Shown: positions 17,227 through 26,852, numbered from the stretch's first letter. The stretch: DNA of 64,000 bases from Candidatus Nanopelagicales bacterium (GCA_018402235.1 JAGYJJ010000002.1:185251-249250); one strand, 5' to 3'. Notes: a model not told the origin generated them from the sequence alone. Translations and numbers: made by a program.

Positions 17227-18241
17227 GAAACCCAGCGACAAGCGACCCACGATCCACGATGTCGCTGCCCGGGCCGGTGTGTCGAAATCCCTCGTCTCTT
17301 TGGCGCTGCGCGGGTCTTCCAAGGTCAGCGATGCCAGTCGCGACGCCATCGAGAAGGCCGCAGCCGAGTTGGGATATCGAGCAAACGCGCAGGCACGAAG
17401 CCTGGCCGACCGACGCAGCCGCACCATCGGTATCAACATGGCCGAGCTCGACAATCCCATCTTCCCGCAGATGCTCAGCGGTGCCCACAGCGTGATTCGT
17501 GAGCGCGGATACAACACAATGCTCGTCTCTGGCGAACGCGATCCCGAGCTCGAGAGCGCCGAGTTGGCGAAGCTGCTGGAGTTTCAGGTCGAGGGCTTGA
17601 TGCTCATCTCGCACCGCCTCCCCGCTACCACGGTGCGCTCACTGGCAGCCGACGTTCCCACGGTTGTACTGACATTGCGGGGAATTACCGGTCCAGGAAT
17701 CGACACCGTCACAAGCAACGACGAAGCAGGTGCGCGCATAGCGATGCAGCATCTTTTCGATCGTGGACACACCAAGATTGCGCACATTTCCGGGGGAACA
17801 CTTGAACCGGCGGTTGTGCGTGAGCGCGTCTATCGCGAACAGATGGAGGCCGCTGGGTTGGCCCAACTAATTCGAGTTGCAACCGGCGACCTCACCAATC
17901 AAGGCGGCCTCGAAGCCGCACGACTCATGCTGACCGACAGTGAGCCACCCACAGCAATTTTTGCAAGTAATGACATCTCGGCTATCGGCGCTATGGCGGC
18001 CTGCCAAGAGCACGGACTTCGGGTACCTGACGACATCTCGATCATTGGATACGACGGCGTAGCTCTCGGCGCCTTACGAACCTTGAGCCTGACCACGATC
18101 GCCCAACCACTGACGGAGATGGGCCGCCTGGGGGCCGAGCGCTTATTCGATCGTCTCGAGGGCCGAAAGGTCAAGGATCGATCGATCGTCTTGGAACCGG
18201 AGTTGCTCGCACGCGGCACTACGTCCGAGCCCCGCACTTAA
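17219..18241 (+). CDS. LacI family transcriptional regulator
   Basis: HTH region TIHDVAARAGVSKSLVSLALRG plus a periplasmic-binding-like effector domain. It overlaps the upstream gene by 8 nt. Confidence 0.9.
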   Translation: MSEKPSDKRPTIHDVAARAGVSKSLVSLALRGSSKVSDASRDAIEKAAAELGYRANAQARSLADRRSRTIGINMAELDNPIFPQMLSGAHSVIRERGYNTMLVSGERDPELESAELAKLLEFQVEGLMLISHRLPATTVRSLAADVPTVVLTLRGITGPGIDTVTSNDEAGARIAMQHLFDRGHTKIAHISGGTLEPAVVRERVYREQMEAAGLAQLIRVATGDLTNQGGLEAARLMLTDSEPPTAIFASNDISAIGAMAACQEHGLRVPDDISIIGYDGVALGALRTLSLTTIAQPLTEMGRLGAERLFDRLEGRKVKDRSIVLEPELLARGTTSEPRT

Positions 18242-20124
18242 CGAAACGACGCTGCCCACTGCTTGAAAGGGTCCAGTGAATGCGAGTTGGCCAGACCGGA
18301 GGTATTGCGGATCAGATCACCGTTCACGATGTCGGTCACGGCGAGTTCGGCGAGTTTTCCGGTAACTGTGCGCGGAACAACGGGGACCGCAACGACACGC
18401 GCCGGTACATGCCGCGGGCTTGTCCGCTGACGGATCTGCGCACAGATGCGGGACTGGAGTTCCTCGTTGAGTTCAGCCCCAGGCGCAGGCACAACGAACA
18501 GCACTATCTGGGTGTCGAACCCCACGCGCTGAGCCACCACGATCGATTCGACGATCTCATCCATGGCATCGACTACCCGGTAAATCTCGGCGGTACCGAT
18601 TCGAATCCCGCCGGAGTTCAAGGTCGCATCGGAACGACCATGAATGACGAATCCGCCGGTGTCCGTGCGCGAAATGAAATCCCCGTGTGCCCACACACCT
18701 GGAAAACGCTCGAAATAGGAGGAGTGAAATTTAGATCCATCAACGTCACCCCAGTAGCCGATAGGTCTCGAGGGGAACGGAGTCGCGCACACCAATTCCC
18801 CACGCTCGTTCGGGGCAACAACTTCGCCACTCTCGTCAACAACGCGAATATCGAGTCCCAAAGCCGACCCTTGGATCTCTCCGCGCCTGACCGGAAGGAT
18901 TGGCACACCAAGAACGAAACAACCACAGATATCCGTTCCGCCAGAGATTGATGCAAGGTGCACGTGCGAAGAGATGTGTTCATAGACGTAGTCGAAGAGT
19001 TCCGGTGCCAATGGCGAGCCGGTACTGGCCACGGTTCGAAGCTCGGGTAGCGCATCGATATGCACGGACTTTTCACGCAAGGACTCGATGTACTTTGCAG
19101 AAACACCCAGAAACGTCAATCGCTCGTCTGCAGCAAGAGTCAGCAAACGGTCAGGAGTCGGATACATCGGTTGTCCGTCGTAGAGCACAACCGTTGCTCC
19201 GGTGCCCAATGCCATCACGAGCCAGTTCCACATCATCCAGCCGCACGTGGTGTAGTAACTCACGCGATCACCAGGCGCGATGTCCAGATGCACTCGTTGT
19301 TCCACGAGGTCCTTGAGCATCACTCCGGCTGCACTGTGCACGATGCACTTGGGCGCACCCGTGGTGCCGCTGGAGAACAGAATGAAGCCGGGGTGATCGA
19401 AGGGCAAAGGTTCCGCATGGAAGTCCTTCTGCCGGTTCACCCATGACGACCACGGCTGCGAAGAGTCGTCGTTGGCCTCGCCGATAACGACAACGCCCTG
19501 CACGCTGGGTAGTCCAGCGAGGACCTCGGGGATACCGGTGCGCATATCGAATTCGCGCCCGCCGTAGGTGTAGGTGGACCCAACAAGGAGCAGGCGGGGC
19601 TCTACCTGACCGAATCGGTCAAGTACTCCCGCAGGCGCGAAGTCGGGGGAAGCCGTGCTCACGACTGCCCCGATGGATAGCGCAGCAAGGGCCCAGATCA
19701 CCACCTCGGGAACATTCGGTGCCCACGCGGCAACGCGGTCTCCAGGAACGATGCCGGCATCACGCATCGCTGCGGCAACGCTTGCCACCTCAGAACGCAG
19801 TTGCCCCCTTGTCCAGGTTCGACGCTCACCCGACTCATCAAGTCCGACGAGAACTTCTGCGTAGCTGTCGCCGGCTAGAAGGGTGTCCACGATGTTGAGT
19901 CGGGCGTTCGGGAAGAACTGGGCACTGAGGATGTCCCCGCCGTCGTACGCTGTATCCCCTTTATGGCCGACAACGCCGCATTCGTCCCACGCCCATGACC
20001 AGAAGGCATTGAGGTCGCGGATGCTCACTGCATGCGCCGAGGCGTAGTCGCTGGTTCCGCTCGCGGTGAGCCACCGCTTCATCGCCGCGCCGCAAGACGC
20101 CGACGGGTGCCACAGTTCGCTCAC
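18238..20124 (-). CDS. acetoacetate-CoA ligase (acetoacetyl-CoA synthetase)
   Basis: AMP-binding motif FSSGTTGAPKCIVH; 628 aa with an N-terminal region typical of AACS. Confidence 0.8.
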   Translation of the reverse strand: MSELWHPSASCGAAMKRWLTASGTSDYASAHAVSIRDLNAFWSWAWDECGVVGHKGDTAYDGGDILSAQFFPNARLNIVDTLLAGDSYAEVLVGLDESGERRTWTRGQLRSEVASVAAAMRDAGIVPGDRVAAWAPNVPEVVIWALAALSIGAVVSTASPDFAPAGVLDRFGQVEPRLLLVGSTYTYGGREFDMRTGIPEVLAGLPSVQGVVVIGEANDDSSQPWSSWVNRQKDFHAEPLPFDHPGFILFSSGTTGAPKCIVHSAAGVMLKDLVEQRVHLDIAPGDRVSYYTTCGWMMWNWLVMALGTGATVVLYDGQPMYPTPDRLLTLAADERLTFLGVSAKYIESLREKSVHIDALPELRTVASTGSPLAPELFDYVYEHISSHVHLASISGGTDICGCFVLGVPILPVRRGEIQGSALGLDIRVVDESGEVVAPNERGELVCATPFPSRPIGYWGDVDGSKFHSSYFERFPGVWAHGDFISRTDTGGFVIHGRSDATLNSGGIRIGTAEIYRVVDAMDEIVESIVVAQRVGFDTQIVLFVVPAPGAELNEELQSRICAQIRQRTSPRHVPARVVAVPVVPRTVTGKLAELAVTDIVNGDLIRNTSGLANSHSLDPFKQWAASFR

Positions 20125-20141
20125 CCGCGCAGCCTGCCAAA

Positions 20142-20210
20142 CCCCGATGCGGTGTCAGTTGTCGGGCCGAAATTTGAAAATTCGGCCCGACAACTGACAC
20201 CGCATCGGGG
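20142..20210. terminator. very long perfect hairpin (30-bp stem, 9-nt loop) after the molybdoenzyme gene
   Basis: CCCCGATGCGGTGTCAGTTGTCGGGCCGAA / TTCGGCCCGACAACTGACACCGCATCGGGG, read directly from the sequence. Confidence 0.7.
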
Positions 20211-20220
20211 TGAAAGTGGG

Positions 20221-23109
20221 TTAGGCGCGGTCGTCGGTGTAGAACGCGCGCACCTGCGGCATAACCGGACGCATCATGAACAGCGGACGACGCAGGCCCT
20301 CGGCATTCGGCCCTGGACGGGTCTTGGCCATCCACTCCCGGTACACCTCACGCGAACGTTCGGTATCGACCACAACGTCGCCGTACTTGTCCTCGTCGTG
20401 GGCCCGCTCGATGCGCACCTTCTGATGCCAGCAGTGCATGCCGGACCAGGTATCCGGGTGAACCGCGAAGGCGAGGTTTTGATGAACGCCCGGGTCTTCC
20501 CACGTGATGCGCGCGGAATCGGGATCGTCGCTTACGAACGGCTTAATGCCTTCCTTATAGCGCAGGCGCCAACGACCATCCTCAAGCTTGCCCACATCAA
20601 CCTTGCCTGTCACCCATCGGCTGCCGGCATCGTCAGTGGTGCGCCAGCGCCCCATGTGGTGGGACAACGCGGATACACCTGGCCGAATACCTTCAGTAGC
20701 CCAGATTCGCGGCACGAAGTAACCGATCTCGGTCGTGACTCGCACCATGTCGCCGGTCTGCAGACCCATGCGCTTGGCATCAATCGGGTTCATCCACAAC
20801 GGATGCTTGTTACTGATCTCGTTCAGGTACTTCGCGTTGCCCGAACGGGTGTGAATCAACGTAGGCAATCGGAAGGTGGGAACCAGGACCATCTCGCCGG
20901 ACTCTTCGTCGAGTTCGTGATGGGAGACGTGCGAGGTGATGTAGCACGGGGTTGCGTACTCCCGCCAACCGAAATCGGCCATGGACGGTGAGAAGAGCTC
21001 GAGTTTGCGCGAGGGGGTCAGCCAACCGGCCACCTGCGAGCCATCCTCAAGTTGCACGCCCACAGCGCCGGGCTCACCCACCAGCGGCTTTTGCGTTTCC
21101 GGGGTGATCGGCTTGCGCAGCACGCCGTTCTCGTCCGCTACCGCACCATCGAGTTCGGCTTCGGTGAGCGGGCGCTCGTCCTGGCGATACAGATCGGTAG
21201 CAATCTCCACCGCACCGTACTTACGCATGTATTCCAGCGGAGTCAGGCCGAGCTTCTCGGCTTTCTCCGGGAGGCCGGGAACCTGATTGTCGAAGATCCA
21301 GCCGTAGTAGTCGTCCACGGTGACCTTCTCCCCCGGTCGCCCGGGTGCTTCGAAGTGCTGACGAATGCCGAGTTCACCGGTGGGGTCGATGCGCCAGGAA
21401 AGTTCGATCCAAAATTCGGTCTCTTCCCACACCTCGCCGGGATTAGCGTCGCGGGTATCGCCGATCTTCTCGCCCATTTTCTCCAAAGCGACGCGACGAA
21501 CCGGCTGCCGGAAGCCAAGCCACTTTCCCGCGTATTGCTCGTAGGACTGGGTGTCGTGGCGCTCGGTGCTGTGACCGAAGGGCAGGACGTAGTCGGCCCA
21601 TACGGCGGTCTCGTTCCACGTGGGCGTCATGGCAATGTGGCAGCCCACGAGATCCTCATCTGACAGCGCCTCAATCCAGCTGAAGCCGTCGGGGTTCGTC
21701 CACACCGGGTTGTACACGCGTGAGAAGTAGGTATCGATCTTGCCGCGTCCGTCGAGCAGGAAGTGCGGCAGCAGGATCGAAAGCTCGTTCGTGGACATCG
21801 GAAACTCTGCCGGCCACAGCATCTCGTTCCACGAGTTGTGACCACCGGGCATAGACGGGCCATGCGGAATGAACTTGTTCCAGCCGTTCGGGCTGGTGCC
21901 ACCCTTTTGCCCAACGCTTCCGGTCAAGACGGTCAGGAAGAACAGCGCACGAGCAACCGTCCAGCCACCGAGGTTTCCAGCCGAGGCTGCGCGCCAGGTG
22001 TGCGCCGCCAATCTGCCGTTCGAGGTAGCGATGACCTTTGCCACACTCTCCACCTGCTCCACCGGGATTCGGCATTCTTGCGCGGCGAATTCGAACGTGT
22101 ACTTTGAGTAATCCTCGGTCAGAGCCTTTTTGAAGACCTCGAAGTCGTTTGCCGGCATATCTGGATGGATCTCGGTCATATACGTGGACCAGTTGACCCA
22201 CCGATGCATGTAGGCCCAATCGACTTGATCCGTGCGCATCAAGTACGACGCCGTTGCGAGTAGCAGAGCTGCTTCGGTTCCCGGCCATGCGGAGACCCAT
22301 TCATCGGCGTGCGATGCCGTGTTCGAGAGTCGTGGGTCCATCACGATGAGCTTGGCATTACCGTGCACCTTCGCATCCATGATGCGTTGGGCGTGCGGGT
22401 TGAAGTAGTGGCCCGACTCCAGGTGTGCCGAGATCAGCAAGATCACGTTCGCGTTCTGGTGATCCGGCGATGGCCGGTCGTAGCCACCCCACATCGAATA
22501 GCCGAAGCGCGCACCTGCCGAGCAGATGTTGGTGTGGGTGTTGTTGCCATCGACACCCCAGGTAAGCAATACCCGCTCGATGAATCCGTCCTCGCCGTGG
22601 CGACCTACGTGGTACATAATTTCATTGCGACGCTCTTCTTGGATCGCCTTGCGGATGCGACCTGCGATGTCGTCCAGGACGTCGTCCCACGAGACCCGCT
22701 CGAACTTCGCCTCGCCGCGCTTTCCGGAGCGCTTGAGCGGGTACAGGATGCGTTCGGGATCACTGGTCTGGTTGATCGTGGCCGGGCCCTTGGCGCAGTT
22801 GCGTCCACGCGATCCTGGATGCGCGGGATTGCCTTCGATCTTGACGACTTCCTTGGTTTCCTTGTCGATGAATGCCAGCAATCCGCATGCGGACTCGCAG
22901 TTGAAGCATGTGGTGGGCACCAGCATGTAGTGCTTTTCCACTTTGCGCGGGTGCGCCTTGGCGTCGTACATGACGACGTCGTCCCACTGATCTACTGGCG
23001 GATAGTTCGAGACGGTCTCTCGAACGCGCAACCCGAAGTGCTCAGGGCTGTCCGGTCCGACCGGTGAAGCAGCTGGCCGATGCCTGGTCTCCGGATCGCG
23101 TGGCGTCAT
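20221..23109 (-). CDS. bis-MGD molybdopterin oxidoreductase catalytic subunit with no Tat signal (SoeA-like by architecture)
   Basis: 962 aa. The N-terminal FS0 motif is CFNCESACGLL...NCAKG. The first ~60 residues have no RRxFLK motif or hydrophobic h-region. It sits next to FeS/NrfD, TusA and DsrE genes. Confidence 0.8.
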   Translation of the reverse strand: MTPRDPETRHRPAASPVGPDSPEHFGLRVRETVSNYPPVDQWDDVVMYDAKAHPRKVEKHYMLVPTTCFNCESACGLLAFIDKETKEVVKIEGNPAHPGSRGRNCAKGPATINQTSDPERILYPLKRSGKRGEAKFERVSWDDVLDDIAGRIRKAIQEERRNEIMYHVGRHGEDGFIERVLLTWGVDGNNTHTNICSAGARFGYSMWGGYDRPSPDHQNANVILLISAHLESGHYFNPHAQRIMDAKVHGNAKLIVMDPRLSNTASHADEWVSAWPGTEAALLLATASYLMRTDQVDWAYMHRWVNWSTYMTEIHPDMPANDFEVFKKALTEDYSKYTFEFAAQECRIPVEQVESVAKVIATSNGRLAAHTWRAASAGNLGGWTVARALFFLTVLTGSVGQKGGTSPNGWNKFIPHGPSMPGGHNSWNEMLWPAEFPMSTNELSILLPHFLLDGRGKIDTYFSRVYNPVWTNPDGFSWIEALSDEDLVGCHIAMTPTWNETAVWADYVLPFGHSTERHDTQSYEQYAGKWLGFRQPVRRVALEKMGEKIGDTRDANPGEVWEETEFWIELSWRIDPTGELGIRQHFEAPGRPGEKVTVDDYYGWIFDNQVPGLPEKAEKLGLTPLEYMRKYGAVEIATDLYRQDERPLTEAELDGAVADENGVLRKPITPETQKPLVGEPGAVGVQLEDGSQVAGWLTPSRKLELFSPSMADFGWREYATPCYITSHVSHHELDEESGEMVLVPTFRLPTLIHTRSGNAKYLNEISNKHPLWMNPIDAKRMGLQTGDMVRVTTEIGYFVPRIWATEGIRPGVSALSHHMGRWRTTDDAGSRWVTGKVDVGKLEDGRWRLRYKEGIKPFVSDDPDSARITWEDPGVHQNLAFAVHPDTWSGMHCWHQKVRIERAHDEDKYGDVVVDTERSREVYREWMAKTRPGPNAEGLRRPLFMMRPVMPQVRAFYTDDRA

Positions 23110-23148
23110 TTCTACCTCTCGACTGTCTGCTCGGTACTACAACAACTG

Positions 23149-24690
23149 TTAGGAAAGCGGCGGGTCCTGCGCAGCCATCACGAACACCCGCTCGTGCAAA
23201 ACGAGAGCGGGCTGCACGATCAGACCGGCGAGGGCTGCCAGTGCAACTGTGCCACCAAGTGCGGTGGGTAGCGCGATGAGACCACCGACGATCGTCAGCA
23301 GTATCGAACCACCCCAGAACTGAAGGCGGTAGCGCCCGTGGGTGATCGCATGCGCGGCTATCTGAGCGTTACGGGTTGAGTGGTTGCCCCCGAACTCCAC
23401 AGCAGTGATGAGTAGATGGGCGATCACGCCGGCGATGAGGGCCCAGGCGAGCCACTGCATGGTTGCCGCATCGGTACCGATGACCGCACCGACAACGAGG
23501 AGTGAACCCGCACCCACCATCGCGGCCTGCGCCAGCAGATGCCAGAACAACACAGGGGACTGCCACAGGTCGCGTCCCTCGGCTTGTCCGAACAAGAAGG
23601 CTGTATAGCCCGCGACCATCGCTCCGACCGGAATCGCCGGCCAGGCGAGGACGGTCAACCAACTGGTGTAGTCGGCCAGGTTCAACAGATCCGCCGCACC
23701 GATCAAGAACCACACGCCGGCAACCGCAGATCCAAGACCCAAGAAGATGCCACCGATGGCAAGCCACGACCTGCGATTGATTTTGCGCGGGTCAAGGAGG
23801 TAGATGAAGCGCTTGGGTTGCTTGAGGTCCCAGATGAGTAGAGCAGCAGTGACGACCAAGAAGCCCAGCGTCAAGAATGGCGCGACAGTGCTCACCAGGG
23901 CACCGGTATCGCCAAGCAGCAGCACCATCAAGCCAGCGAGCATGAGGGCTCCGGCCGCGATGGACTTCGTCCACAGATACGTCCAGACCTTCCAGCCCCA
24001 CGGGCGCGGATGCGCGGTGTTCAGCGTCAAGCGCGCGTTGGTAAGCGGATCGCCGGGCAGTTCGGCAGCCGTCTCTAACCGAAGCGGATCGGCATTGGCC
24101 CACAGGTAATTGCCATCCACAGGTGCGGCCAGCGGATCAAGCACCGTCTGGTCGGCACCCACGTAGTAGACGTTCGGTCGGGTGCCCTGCTCGGGCGTGC
24201 GGACGTTGATCGGCTCGATGCTCAAGAACTTGCTGATACCGCTGGTGGGATCGTCGATATCTCCCATCCAAATCGACTCAGTGGGACATACCTGGACGCA
24301 GGCCGGCTCCAGACCCTGGTCGATTCGGTGGGCACAAAAGTTGCACTTCGCAGCAGTGTTGGTGTTTGCATCGATGTAAATGGCGTCGTACGGGCACGCC
24401 TGCATGCACATCTTGCAACCGATGCACAGTTCGTTGTCGAAGTCGACGATGCCATCGTCACGAATGAACAACGCATTCGTGGGGCACCCCGTAACGCAAG
24501 GAGCATTGGTGCAGTGATTGCACCGCATAACGCCCATTTCACGCGTTGTGGTGGGGTATTCCCCCTTGTCTACGTACTTCACCCAGGTACGGAACTGACC
24601 AACCGGGATGTCGTGCTCTGTCTTGCATGCAACCGTGCAGGCGTGGCAGCCGATACAGGTGCGTTGGTCAATAGCGAAGCCGTAGCGCAC
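23149..24690 (-). CDS. fusion protein: 4x[4Fe-4S] ferredoxin (DmsB/PsrB-type) domain plus NrfD/PsrC-type 8-TM membrane anchor
   Basis: GTG start. Four cluster motifs are present (CIGCHACTVAC, CNHCTNAPCVTGCP, CIGCKMCMQACP, CNFC...CVQVCP), followed by about 8 hydrophobic helices. Confidence 0.85.
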   Translation of the reverse strand: MRYGFAIDQRTCIGCHACTVACKTEHDIPVGQFRTWVKYVDKGEYPTTTREMGVMRCNHCTNAPCVTGCPTNALFIRDDGIVDFDNELCIGCKMCMQACPYDAIYIDANTNTAAKCNFCAHRIDQGLEPACVQVCPTESIWMGDIDDPTSGISKFLSIEPINVRTPEQGTRPNVYYVGADQTVLDPLAAPVDGNYLWANADPLRLETAAELPGDPLTNARLTLNTAHPRPWGWKVWTYLWTKSIAAGALMLAGLMVLLLGDTGALVSTVAPFLTLGFLVVTAALLIWDLKQPKRFIYLLDPRKINRRSWLAIGGIFLGLGSAVAGVWFLIGAADLLNLADYTSWLTVLAWPAIPVGAMVAGYTAFLFGQAEGRDLWQSPVLFWHLLAQAAMVGAGSLLVVGAVIGTDAATMQWLAWALIAGVIAHLLITAVEFGGNHSTRNAQIAAHAITHGRYRLQFWGGSILLTIVGGLIALPTALGGTVALAALAGLIVQPALVLHERVFVMAAQDPPLS

Positions 24691-24695
24691 TCAGG

Positions 24696-24926
24696 TCACT
24701 TCTTTCGCACGAGGAAGCGCATCACGCCGCCGTCTTCGCTCGACTCAACGAGCTCGTTTCCGGTCTGCTCAACCCAAGCCGGGATGTCCGAACGAGCGCC
24801 ATTATCGGTGGCCTCGATCAGCATGGTCTCCCCTGACGCGAGTTCCTTGGCGGCCTTCGCAGTCATGAGAACCGGCATCGGGCACGTCTGGCCCTTGGCG
24901 TCGACAGTGGTTTTTGGATCTGACAT
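24696..24926 (-). CDS. tusA: TusA-like sulfurtransferase
   Basis: GQTCPMPVL (the CPxP active-site motif); about 76 aa. Either ATG 24926 or GTG 24929 could be the start. Confidence 0.85.
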   Translation of the reverse strand: MSDPKTTVDAKGQTCPMPVLMTAKAAKELASGETMLIEATDNGARSDIPAWVEQTGNELVESSEDGGVMRFLVRKK

Positions 24927-24957
24927 CACATATGCCTTTCGCTAGATGAACAAGCCG

Positions 24958-25458
24958 TTAGATGAACAAACTGATGTTGGAGTTAGCCATCTTCTTCAAA
25001 GCTGTAGCTGCGCCTACCGGTTCACCGAGACCATCAACCATCTGATCGGGCTCAATACCAAGGAGGTCCATGGTCATCTGGCACGGCCACATGTGCACGC
25101 CCATGTCCTTGGCCATCTCAAACAAGTCCTCCGGCGGCATCAGGTTGTTCTTCTTGGCAACCTTGCGCATCATCCAGTGACCCATTCCGCCCATTTCCAT
25201 CTTGGACAACTTCGCCTTCTTCATTCCCGGCGCATTCATGCCCGCCAGCATCTTGGTCATGGCGTCGTAACCTGTGATGCGGACGTCGTCCTTGACCAAG
25301 GGGAACAGTCCCCAGAAGGTGTAGAACACGGTTACGTCCATACCGTTCGCAGCAGCGGTTGAACTCAAGATCATGGTTGGCCAAAGCTTGTCGAGATCAC
25401 CGCTGAACGCGATGATGGTCATGGACTCCGGCTCGGTGTTGACAGGGTTGTCGGTCAT
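24958..25458 (-). CDS. DsrE/DsrF-like sulfur-relay family protein
   Basis: 166 aa with a strong RBS (GAGGAGGG) and a conserved Cys in WPCQMTMD. It has the classic DsrE3-TusA-type adjacency. Confidence 0.75.
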   Translation of the reverse strand: MTDNPVNTEPESMTIIAFSGDLDKLWPTMILSSTAAANGMDVTVFYTFWGLFPLVKDDVRITGYDAMTKMLAGMNAPGMKKAKLSKMEMGGMGHWMMRKVAKKNNLMPPEDLFEMAKDMGVHMWPCQMTMDLLGIEPDQMVDGLGEPVGAATALKKMANSNISLFI

Positions 25459-25585
25459 GGGCCCTCCTCAGGACACTGCCGACGTTAGATGTCCCGGCAG
25501 CCGTAAGCAAGGGCTTCTGGTCATTTCCCGAAAAATTGAGGGAATTGACACACAGACGCGCCATTGCGTATTAGCGTCTGCGCAT

Positions 25586-25617
25586 ATGGCTAGGTGACTG
25601 CACATGGCCAGGTGACT
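25586..25617. promoter_or_regulatory. direct repeat ATGGCTAGGTGACT - 4 nt - ATGGCCAGGTGACT in the divergent control region
   Basis: Read directly from the sequence, 60-90 nt upstream of the PDO start. Function is unknown. Confidence 0.3.
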
Positions 25618-25676
25618 ATGGGTGCCTGCGCCCACGGTCGAGTACAGGCGAACACAGGCGAGCACTGGAGGAATGC

Positions 25677-26807
25677 ATGCCCGGAACCATCACCCCCCGC
25701 GAGCTCTACGACGAGATCTCCCACCAGGAAGTGCCCTTCATCTTGGATATTCGAAACCAAGATGAGTTCGCCACCTGGCAGGTCGAGGGCACCAAGCCGG
25801 TGCCGACCAAGAACATGCCGATCTGGATGGCTGTCGAAGGTGTCGAGGACCTCGCCAAGGAAGTGCCTGCAGGGTCCGTGGTGGTCTGCGCCCACGGCAA
25901 CGGCAGCGACCTGCTACTTGACCTGCTCGCCGAAGCAGGCGTCGAGGCCCGCAGTCTGGTGGGCGGGACCGCAGCTTGGGCAGAACTCCTCGTCCCCGAG
26001 CCACTGGCCTGCTTGCCCGAAGGGGTTATCGGTTGGCAGATCCTCCGCCCCGCCAAGGCCTGCTTGTCCTACATGATCGGTGTTCGGGGTAAGGACGCCA
26101 TCGTGGTCGACCCGGCGCGCTTCTTGGACTTCTACATCGACCTGGCCGCAAGCGAGGGCATGACGATCACCCATGTCATCGACACACATGTCCACGCTGA
26201 CCACATCAGCGGCGGTCCTGATCTCGCCGAGAGGGTAGGTGGGACGTACCACCTTCCCCTCGAGGACACCGGTGGCTCCGTGCCGTTCCCGAATGAGCCG
26301 TTGGAAGACGGCACCGAGATCGATCTCGGTGGTCACACGGTCGCCACATTTGCGATCAAGATGCCCGGTCATACCCCCGGCACCACCTGCGTGCATATCC
26401 CCGGTCACCTGCTCCTGACCGGCGACACCGTGTTCGTTCGCGGCGTGGGGCGCCCGGACCTCACCGGCAAGGCCGACGAACTCGCCCGCGAGTTGTACTT
26501 CACAGTCAACGACAAGCTGCGCCCTCTTGATCCGCAGACAACGGTGCTCCCTGCCCATTGGTCCACCGCAGAGGAAATGGGTGCCGATGGCATGGTGAAG
26601 ACCACCCTTAGCCAGGTCTTTGAGTCGACGCTCCTGAATGAAGAGGATCTTGTGAAGTTCGTTGAAGAGATCGTCGGCACGTTGCCGAGCGCGCCGGACT
26701 TCTACGACACCATTCGCGAAGTGAACGCTGGCAAAAAGGTCTCCGCCGAGGAAATTGAGACTCTCGAGATCGGCAAGAACCAGTGCGCTGCCTCCACAAC
26801 GGTGTAA
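25677..26807 (+). CDS. rhodanese-domain / MBL-fold persulfide dioxygenase fusion (Blh/CstB-like)
   Basis: N-terminal rhodanese loop VVVCAHGNGS, MBL motifs IDTHVHADHISGG and MPGHTPGT. Confidence 0.8.
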   Translation: MPGTITPRELYDEISHQEVPFILDIRNQDEFATWQVEGTKPVPTKNMPIWMAVEGVEDLAKEVPAGSVVVCAHGNGSDLLLDLLAEAGVEARSLVGGTAAWAELLVPEPLACLPEGVIGWQILRPAKACLSYMIGVRGKDAIVVDPARFLDFYIDLAASEGMTITHVIDTHVHADHISGGPDLAERVGGTYHLPLEDTGGSVPFPNEPLEDGTEIDLGGHTVATFAIKMPGHTPGTTCVHIPGHLLLTGDTVFVRGVGRPDLTGKADELARELYFTVNDKLRPLDPQTTVLPAHWSTAEEMGADGMVKTTLSQVFESTLLNEEDLVKFVEEIVGTLPSAPDFYDTIREVNAGKKVSAEEIETLEIGKNQCAASTTV

Positions 26808-26852
26808 TACCAACCTGACAAGCATGTCCCCAAACAAGTAGGGTCTTCGGCT

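Noticed and set aside
22930-23109. Tat signal peptide on the 962-aa molybdoenzyme
   Set aside because: I looked for an S/T-R-R-x-F-L-K motif followed by a hydrophobic stretch in the N-terminus (MTPRDPETRHRPAASPVGPDSPEHFGLRVRETV...) and found none. No longer in-frame start is available in the ORF track.
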